A stretch of 64,000 nucleotides of DNA from an uncultured Nitrososphaeraceae archaeon (GCA_963825865.1 CAWGVG010000009.1:13289-77288); one strand, 5' to 3'; numbered from the stretch's first letter, positions 1-9,749 are shown. A program made the numbers and translations. Notes: generated by a model not told the origin, from the sequence alone.

Positions 1-8
1 AAATTTAC

Positions 9-329
9 ATGAACAACACAAGAACTCTAGCAATAGTTGCTGTCTTAACAGCAGCAACATTAGTAGTAGGACTAACAGTCGGAGCAGCAACGCCATCAGC
101 ATTTGCTGGTGGGAATAAAGAAAGACAGGACAAATACATGAAAGGAGGACATGATGATTACAAGAAAGCAAGACAAACTAATGGAAATGATGGCGCTAAG
201 GCGAATGGTAACACAGTTACCGTCCAGGCAGCCAAACAACACGGCATAGTGAGTGGATTTGATAACACAGCAGAACAAGAGGCTCAAAACCTGATATGTA
301 CCTCATCCAAGTTCAACCTGTGTAAGTGA
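9..329 (+). CDS. Small secreted/exported protein (signal peptide); C-terminus possibly frameshifted
   Basis: Basic-hydrophobic N-terminus MNNTRTLAIVAVLTAATLVVG...SAFA; low-complexity body. Confidence 0.6.
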   Translation: MNNTRTLAIVAVLTAATLVVGLTVGAATPSAFAGGNKERQDKYMKGGHDDYKKARQTNGNDGAKANGNTVTVQAAKQHGIVSGFDNTAEQEAQNLICTSSKFNLCK

Positions 330-610
330 AGGCGAGCGAAACTAACGCAACTAACGCAACTGACAACAACAATGATGGCGGCCCCGCTGGCGATGGCAAC
401 GGATAATAGTATAAAGTGGATCACAGGCAGGATCATTTTAACTAATTAATCAAAATGCCTTGAGAGAGGGAATAAGAAGCCTATCCCATTTATTTTTTAT
501 AAAAAATACAATACAATAAACAAATTTAAATAGAAAGATGTATAATGTATATTGCTTATCTTTTCTCTATGTATTAGATTTGTTGGCTCATAATTAAATT
601 ACACACTTTT

Positions 611-871
611 TTAATTTATTAAAAGTGACAAATTACATTCTTGGCAAAAGTAGCAAAGCCCATTAAAATCAGATGATAATGACATTATATCATAACAGCG
701 AGGACATTCGATTTCCTGTTCTAAATCTTGCAGCATTTTCTTTTCTCCCTTGTTATCCTCAATTTCTTTCACATTTTGCAAAGGATTAAGATCGACTTGT
801 TGTGGTTGCTGTTGCTGCTGATGCTGCTGCTGCAATAGCAATTTCTTGCTCCTCATTTTTTTGACTAGCAC
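611..871 (-). CDS. Small Zn-ribbon protein with poly-Q, divergent from the radA cassette
   Basis: CPRC and CQEC pairs in the C-terminal half. Confidence 0.6.
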   Translation of the reverse strand: MLVKKMRSKKLLLQQQHQQQQQPQQVDLNPLQNVKEIEDNKGEKKMLQDLEQEIECPRCYDIMSLSSDFNGLCYFCQECNLSLLIN

Positions 872-1070
872 TGATTGGCTTGAGTTACTATTATGTCCTG
901 AATCACTATAAGGGGAGGAAGTCTCTACTTGTATTGTACCTAATTAGAATGGTATATTACGATCAATGTACCTCTCTCCCCCTGTACCCAAGTAGCTTTC
1001 TTAGTTATATGCAAGACAAAGTCAATGCAATATCAAGAGGTCAGATAAAATCACGTCTCATGTCAGTGAA

Positions 1071-2149
1071 TTGCGGCTAGAGGACCTACCTGATGTTGAA
1101 CCATATTTGATAAATAAACTAAAAAGAGCTGGAATACAATCAGTTTTAGACCTAGCCGCATCAATCCCCATTGAACTTGCAGGAGGAGGAGATTATATCG
1201 ATGATGACAACTCCGCAATTACAGCTGACATAGAGACAATATCACAACTTGTAGGAAAGGCCAAAAAGGCCCTTGTAGGTTTCGGCGTACTTAATAAAGA
1301 GTTCTGTACAGCTGAAGAGTTTCTTGAAAAAAGGAACAATCTCGTCAGATTTACAACAGGATCTGTAAACCTGGATGCATTTTTGAAAGGTGGAATAGAA
1401 TCACAAGCAATTACAGAGATTGCTGGGGAATTTGGTTCAGGAAAAAGTCAGTTATGTCATACTTTATGCGTTACTGCTGCTGGCTAATAAGGAGAAAGGA
1501 AAACGAGTGGGAGGAGCAGTAGCAGGAGACCTTAACAGGAATAATAATAATAATATAATATTCATAGATACAGAAAACACCTTCAGGCCAGAGAGAATTC
1601 ACCAGATAGCTGAAGGCAGAGGTCTCGAGCCAGAGGAAATAATGAAAAGAGTGTTTGTATGCAAAATATACAATAGTGCTCATCTTGAAGCTATAATAAA
1701 AAATCTTGGCAAGTCTATAGAACATTACAAAGCCAAGCTTGTCATAATTGATAGCATTATCTCGCTTCACAGAGCAGAATTTCCAGGAAGGGAAACTCTG
1801 GCTGAAAGACAGCAGAGGCTCAATGTTATGCTACATAGACTGATAAGACTAGCAGAAATTTACAATGTCGCAGTAGTTCTTACAAATCAAGTTCAGTCAC
1901 AACCAGATAATTTCTTTGGCGGTATTGGTGGTGGAAACGATCCAACGTGCGGCTGGTGGTAATATAATGGGACATGCTTCTACATACAGGATTTTTCTTA
2001 GAAAGGCTGGACGTAATAGAATAGCAATAATGCTTGATTCGCCACACCACGCATACGGTCAAGCTAAGTTTACAATAAGTGAAAAAGGAGTCCAAGATAC
2101 TGACGAGGAGGAGAAAGCAAGATCAGGGAAAGCAGTAACAATACAGTGA
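1071..2149 (+). CDS. radA: RadA/Rad51-family recombinase paralog, split over 3 ORFs by two frameshifts
   Basis: N-terminal HhH-like [16 protein letters not shown]; [17 protein letters not shown]; Walker [10 protein letters not shown]; [12 protein letters not shown]; Walker B LVIIDS; [10 protein letters not shown]; [12 protein letters not shown]; LDSPH. Confidence 0.9.
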
Positions 2150-2185
2150 GTCTGGCTGGTAGGTAGGAGGTAGTAGCCTAGCAAC

Positions 2186-4072
2186 ATGACCCCTGGAGAC
2201 AACAACATATTACGGACTATTCCTCAGGAAAAAGATTATCCTCTTGATCCAAATACAATTCCCGTACCACCATCATCCCAGCAGCCAAGACCGCAGGTAA
2301 CATTATCCGAATTAATTCCAGGGAAATATGTCTCTACTAGCGCAAGAGTAGTTTATTTAAAGACCATTGAAAGACAGGATGCTCTTGGGAGTAAGGTGCT
2401 ATTTTCTGGAATATTAGAGGATTCTACTTTCAAAGTTCCTTTTATTAGTCACAGGATTTCATATCCTTTGATAAGGAACTCTGTCTACAAATTCAACTCT
2501 GCTTATGTACATGAATTTTCGTCCTCAGATAAATCGCTTTTACTAGTAATAACAGAGCACACAAAGATAGACTCCAAGAATATTGAAGAATACAGAGAAT
2601 TTATTTGGAGTCCCAAGATTGAGTCAATAAAAAGGCCAGTTAGAAACCTTACTTTGCAGGGATTAATCACAACAGTACATAGTAATTCTGGGCTAGTCAA
2701 AAGATGTAACAAATGCAAATCAATAATCTATGATTCGTGTCCCAGTAAATGTCCTGAAGAGGAAGGGTGGGGTTGGGACCTCAGAGTGTCCTCAAGGCTC
2801 TACGACGGTTCAGGCGCTATTAAGATGGTTTTGACAAAGGATATTGCATCAAAGGTCTTACACATGAATTTAGCAGAGTTAATTTTACTTGCAACAACAA
2901 CATCGCACAGTAGTATTCCAGCCCAAAGATACAGCAACGGCCAAAACCATCACCAATTTCAACCACCATCTGTATTTACGATAAGGATACCGGATAGCAT
3001 CGATATAATAGAGGCAGTAACAGAGAACAATATTTTGTCGTCAACTTATAGAAGCAGTGAAAAGCTCATAGTAACTGATGGACGAAACCTTGTCTACTTT
3101 CCACCAAATGAGGAGAATGAGCAAAAGTTCTCAGAATCTGTCAAGAGGCCATTAAAGGCATCTGATGTAGAGGATAAAAAGATAATCAAAAGGCTGGTTG
3201 AAAAAGCACTTGACATTAGCCTAAGAAAAGTTACTGGCAAAAGGATGATGCAGGGGATTTATCTCCTTGAAGAGCCTATTTCCCTTTATAGATGTGAAAG
3301 GGCGAAACTATACCTTGGATTTTCAGTTAAGTTGAATATAAAAGAAAAGGAAAAAGAACAACAAGATAACGCGGCAGTTGTAACAACGACGACTGCTGTA
3401 ATTGAGACTACTCCACAAGCCCATGTTAGAGAAAGCGTGCTTGATTATATTAAAATGAGAAGGGAGCGTGGTGCATCTGCAAATGCCATTATACGTAACT
3501 TGTTAACATATAGAAATAAAGTGGTTGTGGCGCCATCTGGAAATTACGGTAGTATTGTTGATGTAATCATAAGAAAGGCAGAAACCCAACTCGTTTCAGA
3601 CACCGACAAGAGAAACTTGGTAGAATTCTGGAAACAGATCTATGGTATTGACATATCATCTGACGAAATTCCACTACTAAAAGTAAAGATGATGAATTCT
3701 GAGAATACCTTTACCTATCCCCCAAGTATGTGCTTTTTTGGGAGCGAATCTCTAATTATTCAAGCAGACGTTCAAAAATTCATTGAGAGCAAAAAGTCCA
3801 CACTCAAAGCAAGAATGGATGACACTATCAAAAAGGCAATCATAACACAAGATCTGACGATTGGACCTACAAAACTAGAATTTGATGAGGAACAGAATGG
3901 TTCACAAGGGCAGCGGCAGCCAGGTGACATTCAAAGCCACATTCTGCAAGAAATAAGACAGAAATTATTTGGGAGGAACGTTACAGCTAGAGGTTCAATC
4001 ATGTTTGTTCATGATGAGCTTTGGTTCTTTCCATACCAATTGAGAGCTTTCATAGAATGTGGATGGTCATGA
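2186..4072 (+). CDS. RPA-like OB-fold/Zn-finger protein with an inserted Argonaute-like N-L1-PAZ-L2 region
   Basis: Uninterrupted 628-aa ORF. OB1 aa ~37-130 (ARVV..SGILEDST); OB2 with SGLVKRCNKC..C...C..DLRVSSRLYDGSG; PAZ-like ESVLDYI...LVEFWKQIYGIDI...IPLLKV...YPPSMC; terminal EIRQKLFGRNVTARG completes OB2. Confidence 0.75.
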   Translation: MTPGDNNILRTIPQEKDYPLDPNTIPVPPSSQQPRPQVTLSELIPGKYVSTSARVVYLKTIERQDALGSKVLFSGILEDSTFKVPFISHRISYPLIRNSVYKFNSAYVHEFSSSDKSLLLVITEHTKIDSKNIEEYREFIWSPKIESIKRPVRNLTLQGLITTVHSNSGLVKRCNKCKSIIYDSCPSKCPEEEGWGWDLRVSSRLYDGSGAIKMVLTKDIASKVLHMNLAELILLATTTSHSSIPAQRYSNGQNHHQFQPPSVFTIRIPDSIDIIEAVTENNILSSTYRSSEKLIVTDGRNLVYFPPNEENEQKFSESVKRPLKASDVEDKKIIKRLVEKALDISLRKVTGKRMMQGIYLLEEPISLYRCERAKLYLGFSVKLNIKEKEKEQQDNAAVVTTTTAVIETTPQAHVRESVLDYIKMRRERGASANAIIRNLLTYRNKVVVAPSGNYGSIVDVIIRKAETQLVSDTDKRNLVEFWKQIYGIDISSDEIPLLKVKMMNSENTFTYPPSMCFFGSESLIIQADVQKFIESKKSTLKARMDDTIKKAIITQDLTIGPTKLEFDEEQNGSQGQRQPGDIQSHILQEIRQKLFGRNVTARGSIMFVHDELWFFPYQLRAFIECGWS

Positions 4073-4915
4073 CGTAAGAATGAGCATTTATACAATCAAT
4101 GAACCAAACAATAATAATAATCAAATCTCCTTTGAAATGTATTCGGCCTTAGAGCAATTTAATGAACAGAGAAACACCTTAAAGATGACTACTGGATCTG
4201 CAGACCTTGACTCGTTAATAGATGGTATACAAGAAGGGTTGTTCTATCTATTTTATGGCAACAACCATGCAGTACAGGATTCCCTTGTGTACAGATTCCT
4301 TGTGAACTGTGTACTGCCAATAAAACAAAAACATGGTTTTGAATCAATGGGAGTTTGTTTTAATAATGCAGAATATTACAATAGTAGAAAGACATCTCTT
4401 AGCCCAGAAAAGTTAGGAGTTGCAGCAAAATGTGCTAGCATCGATCCAAAGATTGTTTTTAAGAACTTGTACATCCATACATGCATATAATGAGCAGCAA
4501 CAGCTATTGGTTGCAGAACAGGTTGCTGACCTAATAGAATCTAACAAGGACATCAAGTCTGCTAGTAGTTAATAGATTAACAAGATTTTTCAAAGAATCA
4601 AAAAAGAAAATGGAAACCGCCAATGTCTTGAAACAGGTTGTAGGAATAATTTGCAAGGCTTGTGCTAAGAACAAAGTAGCACTAGTATGCACTGGTGATT
4701 CAAATTTAACAAGTAAAGGTGTAATACCAAGGCCCACGGGGGGAATATACCTAAAGCATGCAGCAAATGTGATTGTACATATTAAAGAGTATCCTAACAG
4801 TACTGCTGCCATTCCTTCATTTAAGGCAACATTAGTTAAACATCAGTATATGAAAACTCCAAAATCAGCAATTCTTTACCTTAGAAAGTGTGGAGGAATG
4901 ATGCTTTTAGATTGA
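4059..4915 (+). CDS. Inactivated RadA/RecA-fold protein (frameshifted; ORFs 4059-4490 and 4610-4915 plus intervening sequence)
   Basis: MTTGSADLDSLIDGIQEG is RadA-like, but the Walker A position reads FYGNNHAVQD (no GKT/S) and the Walker B position reads LLVVN; C-terminal PTGGIYLKHAANV and ATLVKH. Confidence 0.75.
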
Positions 4916-4933
4916 TGTGGCGGTGTTGGAGAT

Positions 4934-5306
4934 ATAGGCAGAATAACGCCATCATTTCGTCAGTTATATGAAGAAACGATATCAGAGCTAAGAATGGAGC
5001 TGCAGGCAGCACTTGTAGATTTAGGTCATAAGAGTGCATTTGAATTGCTGTTAAAGGAAGCCTGGAATCCAGAACAGGCTGCTATGGGTAATTCTACACT
5101 TACCAACGGTTAGTGACAAACTAAATGTCATGGCATCAATACACAATAGAAAGCTTATTGCAGTATTGGCAAAGGAATTGAAGGAAAAGGATGTTGAGAT
5201 AGAGGAACTCAAGCAGAATATCACGTTACTTCAAGATAAATTAAATGACATACACATGGAAATGAAACCCAAGGGAGACAAGCAACTACAGCAACAGCAA
5301 CAGTAG
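4934..5306 (+). CDS. Small helical PolB2-associated-type protein (arCOG07300-like); apparent ATA start; one +1 indel near 5100; absent from the ORF track
   Basis: Manual translation (I/M)GRITPSFRQLYEETISELRMELQAALVDLGHKSAFELLLKEAW; 373 nt versus 372 nt for the intact paralog at 27163-27534. Confidence 0.75.
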
Positions 5307-5337
5307 TAGGAATAATTGGAGCCATAATATAATAACA

Positions 5338-7785
5338 ATGTCAAGTTGTACCGGCTGGCTCTTTGATATTTCTATAGAACATAATCAAGCTGTCCTGTGG
5401 ATAAAAACTATCGATAGACAGATCCTTAAGCTAATAGACACTTATCAGCCAAGGTTCTACATATTACCTAAAAATGAAACTGATGGATTACATCTTTTCC
5501 AAATATTATCTCAACAACCCATAGTGGCTAAAGTTAGATGGGAGGAGGACAAGCTTACAAATCTTTTTGATCATGATTGCACTACAACAAAAAAGAAAAA
5601 ACTAATTTGTGTTTATCCACAATCCACACAGTATTATGCGCCCATTCTAAAAATATTAGAAAAAGACCAGCGAGTCAAGCAATTGTTCAATACAGATCTC
5701 TCACATATCCAGCAATATTTGTTTACCAAATTGAGAATTGAACCTACAAGCAAAGTTGAAGTCGAGTATGAGGGTACTAAGTTACTTAGAATAAGCAAAA
5801 TTGATGATGAACAAGAGGTATCTCCACCGCCCTTTTCATTACTATATTTTGACGTTCAGACATTTTCAGGAAAATTTACTTTTGAAGATCCGATTAGAAT
5901 GATAAAGGTTAGGTATGAAATTGGTGATGCAAAGGAATGGAACATGTTTCATTCCAAAGCAATGCAGAAAACATCATCCTTCAGGATTTCTCTAATTACG
6001 TGCTAGATAAAGATCCAGACATTATTGTTTGCATAGAGCGAATCTGAGAGTAAAATATTTCATTACCTATTTACACGAATAAAGAAACTTGGGCTTGACT
6101 TGCAACTTGGGAGAGAGGGCTCAGTAAAGGATCTCATGAATTTAAAGCGCCCAATGTCCAGAGTGGATCAAAGGTAGAATTTGCATTGAAAGCAGATGAT
6201 GGTAATGGTGGGATTAATAGACAACATTCAACATTTGATAATTTTGGGCTTGCAGGATTAATAGAAAGATCAAAGTTCGGTTTCGTTCCTTTGAGAATAG
6301 CTGCAAGATATGGTATAAACCGTCTAATAGATAGCAGAAACTGTTATCAATTAATCCAGAGAGGCTTTGTTATTTCAAAGAATAATCATTCTGGTGGAAG
6401 CAAGCAATAGCAACAACAACCATGAACGCATCAGGACTTTAGAGGAACTAGTCTCAAGGGATAAGGGCGGTATGATAATTTCTCCTCAGGTAGGCCTGCA
6501 TGAAAATGTTGTATCACTAGATTATGACAGCGAATACGCAAATCTAATAGTGAATCACAATCTAAGCTATGAAACTGTTACTTTACAGCAAGATGGAGTA
6601 GTCGTAGTACTACAACAATCCAATGACAACGAAGAAAGGCTTACTGCCAACAGTAGTGGAGAAATTTCTCAAAAGACGGCTCTATTTCAAGAGACTATTA
6701 AAAGAACTATTCAAAAGAGAGCATGGAGTCTCTCTGGTGCGAACAGCGTGTCAATTCACTAAAGAACATACTTGTTTGTCTTTATGGTACAACTGGTTCC
6801 CTTTGGAATAGATATGGTAATGTGCTTGTATTTGAGGAAATTAACAAGATATCTAGGGAAATATTGATAAAAACAAAGGATATTGTTCAGCAGTTAGGCT
6901 ATGAGCTGGTATATGCTGATACAGACTCGGTATTTATTAAAAAGAAAGATGCCGCTACTGCTGACACAGACCACAAGCAGTTATGAACAAGTTATAGATA
7001 TGCTGTGCAAAGAAACAGGCCTTTCAATCTCTATTGATTATAATTATAAGTTTTTAGTTCTATTACCTTGGAAGCTGACGAAAACATAGAGGCACTCAAG
7101 CATTACTATGGGATTACGCAACAAGGAGAACTAGTTGTTAGAGGTATAGAAATTAGGAGACATGATATTCCAAACTTTATAAAACAATTTCAAACTGAAT
7201 TGCTATACACGCTTTTTGATTGTAAAGATTCAGCTGAGGTAGATAAGCAAAGGATATGAAAATGGTCTTTTATTGGTTACCAAGGCAATAGATAAAATTA
7301 TGACAGGTGAAGACTTTCACCAAGAGGATCTTGTAATCTCCAAGTTGCTTGGACAGGATATAGAAAAATACAAGAGCTTATTTCCTCATGTGTCCGCTGC
7401 CATTCAATTATTAAGCAATAAAGAGAGGAGGTAAATACCCAACAAAAGGCGACACTATCCAGTATATCTATACAAATTCAAAACACAACAATCCTCTTTG
7501 CAGAGTTGTACCTTTAGAGATTTTACAAAAAGAGGAGGAAAAAGGAAAGACAGCAAGGAGAATGGTAAAACTCTGAATTATGACAAGGATAAGTACAGAG
7601 AAATGATACTTGATGCTGCAGAAACTGTTCTAGGTTATTTCGGCTTTAATAGGACTGTTTATGGAAATCCTGGGAACGATAGAAAGAAAAAGAGAAAATG
7701 GTATGAGGAATTGTATGAAGAAAGAACAAAAGATATTCAAGCAGAGATGATGATGGAAAAACAACAACATGGTAAAGCCCAATAA
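5338..7785 (+). CDS. polB: Family B DNA polymerase (PolB2-like context), multiply frameshifted in this assembly
   Basis: GWLFDI start; ExoI-position FDVQT; DKGGMIISPQVGLHENV; motif A LDYDSEYANLI..NLSYET; motif B KNILVCLYG; motif C YADTDS; KHYYG; RGIEIRRHD; YDKDKY. Confidence 0.9.
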
Positions 7786-8030
7786 TAAAGCCCATCGCAG
7801 TACTACCAGTCAGCAGAATACCAAGGTTTGTCATTGGACGTTATTGGTAAGATAGAAACTATAGTTTTGTGATAAAATCCTAAAATTCTCTACTGATATA
7901 TGATTACAGATTCCATCATAGTTTTCAATATTGAATTCCTTAGTTGCATCGGTAGGGTATTCCACTGTCTAACAAATATAAAAATTATGTCGGGTTTACC
8001 AATGGTATATTATCCTACATTACATCTACA

Positions 8031-9452
8031 TCATGTGGCTGGCTTTCCATATAGCCCGGCTGCGCTCATTGTGATAAATTCTGCATTCTTTTGCATTTCT
8101 AAGATTGTTTTAGCACCACAGTAGCTTAAGCCAGATCTTAAGCCACCTACAAGTTGCCTAATAATCTCAACTACGCTGCCTTTGTATGGAACCATTGCTT
8201 CTACTCCTTCTGGGACATAGTCGTTCAAGTCATCTGAATCTATGACCTGTGACCCTTCTTCTCGGTATTTTCTACCAAGGGATGCATAGAATGATGCCAT
8301 TCCTCTATACATTTTAAACTTTTTTCCATTCTTGCTTAACGTTTTGCCTGGACTTTCATCTGTCCCGCCAAATAGGCCACCAACCATGATGGAAGATGCG
8401 CCAGCTGCTATTGCTTTTGCTGCATCTCCTGACGTTCTAATGCCACCATCAGAGATAACAGGAATATCATATTCTTTTGCTACTTTAACACTGTCCATGA
8501 TTGCTGTTAGTTGGGGAACGCCTGACCCGGTAATTATTCTTGTGATGCAAATGGACCCTGATCCTACGCCTACCTTTATTGCATCTACTCCTGCTTTAAT
8601 CAAGTCATTGGCACCTTCGCCAGTGGCAACGTTTCCAGCAATAAGTTGACAATTTGGAAAAACCTTTTTGATCATATGTACTGTATTGATTGCATTTTCA
8701 CTATGACCGTGGGCAATATCTACAACTATTGTATCGGAGCCCGCTGCCAAAAGTGCTTCTGCACGTTCTAAATAATCACCTTTCACTCCAACCGCTCCTC
8801 CAACTAGTAGTCTACCCTTTTTGTCTTTAGAAGCATATGGATATTGATCCATTTTTAAAATGTCTTTACTTGTAATAAGGCCAACTATTCGTTTCTTGTC
8901 GTCGATTACAGGTAATTTTTCGATTCTATGAGTGTGCAGGATCTCTTTAGCTTGATCTATTGTGGTCCCGTCCTTAGCAGTGATAACGTCTTTGCTCATG
9001 AGATCTGAAACTTTGCTTTTTAAGTTTTTTTCAAAGGTGATATCTCGTCTGGTAATAATGCCTGCAAGTTTTTTTCCATCCTCTTCAACTAGCAAACCTG
9101 AAACCCCATATTGACCCATCATGCTCTTTGCATCATGAATCATCATATTTGATCTGATAGTATACGGTTGTTCGATGATAACTGATTCAGATCGTTTCAC
9201 TTTTAGAACTTCATCTACTTGATCTTCAATTGTCATAAATCTATGAATAATACCGATGCCTCCTTCTCTTGCCAAGGCAATAGCCATCCCAGATTCTGTA
9301 ACTGTATCCATATTAGCACTAATTAGTGGTATATTTAGTGTAATATTTCGTGATAGTTTTGTTTTTAAATCAGTCTGAGATCTAGAAATTATGGGCGATC
9401 GCTTAGGGACAAGAAGCACGTCATCAAATGTTAGGCCATTTTTAATTTCCAA
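8031..9452 (-). CDS. guaB: IMP dehydrogenase with CBS pair (C-terminal end probably frameshifted)
   Basis: GLTFDDVLLVP, SANMDTVTE, KVGVGSGSICITR, YRGMAS, VPEGVE. Confidence 0.97.
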   Translation of the reverse strand: MEIKNGLTFDDVLLVPKRSPIISRSQTDLKTKLSRNITLNIPLISANMDTVTESGMAIALAREGGIGIIHRFMTIEDQVDEVLKVKRSESVIIEQPYTIRSNMMIHDAKSMMGQYGVSGLLVEEDGKKLAGIITRRDITFEKNLKSKVSDLMSKDVITAKDGTTIDQAKEILHTHRIEKLPVIDDKKRIVGLITSKDILKMDQYPYASKDKKGRLLVGGAVGVKGDYLERAEALLAAGSDTIVVDIAHGHSENAINTVHMIKKVFPNCQLIAGNVATGEGANDLIKAGVDAIKVGVGSGSICITRIITGSGVPQLTAIMDSVKVAKEYDIPVISDGGIRTSGDAAKAIAAGASSIMVGGLFGGTDESPGKTLSKNGKKFKMYRGMASFYASLGRKYREEGSQVIDSDDLNDYVPEGVEAMVPYKGSVVEIIRQLVGGLRSGLSYCGAKTILEMQKNAEFITMSAAGLYGKPAT

Positions 9453-9503
9453 TATTCCATGCTGTCTAGTCCCTATGTAGGATTATAAGCGTTTTCCTTC
9501 TCC

Positions 9504-9669
9504 GGATGTGTCGAATAACTACGACTACGACTGGAAATAATAGCCGATTGATCTTTGTCTTGTTACACCATCTTGCTCATGAACATATTATAGAGGGACG
9601 CTTTTAGAAAGATTCTGCTTTGGACCATCATATAGCTTGTTTGGAGACGATTAGTTATTCAACACACCA
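9504..9669. mobile_element. ~165-bp non-autonomous IS5 (IS903-like) derivative / MITE
   Basis: TIRs GATGTGTCGAATAACTA (from 9505) versus reverse complement GGTGTGTTGAATAACTA (from 9668), 15/17; direct repeat CCTTCTCC at 9496-9503 and 9670-9677; minus strand encodes FLKASLYNMF, an IS5 transposase C-terminus. Confidence 0.8.
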
Positions 9670-9749
9670 CCTTCTCCTAATAATATGCAGTTTGAATATT
9701 GAGCATTTGTTTTGAGTCAATATTAACCCAAATAGAAAAACGTTCGACC

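Noticed and set aside
2186-4072. Complete Argonaute defence system
   Set aside because: No MID or PIWI domain in this ORF or elsewhere in the window, and no SIR2/TIR/nuclease effector nearby.
1071-7785. Programmed frameshifting or true pseudogenisation of cassette copy 1
   Set aside because: Similar single-base frameshifts hit housekeeping genes (leuC, dph2, purP, ychF, nirK), and they mostly fall at different positions in the two polB copies. Sequencing indels are the simpler explanation, though reads are needed to confirm.
5338-7785. Casposon, pipolin or viral polymerase
   Set aside because: No cas1, capsid, adjacent integrase or terminal repeats, and no protein-primed features; the context matches cellular PolB2-type cassettes.
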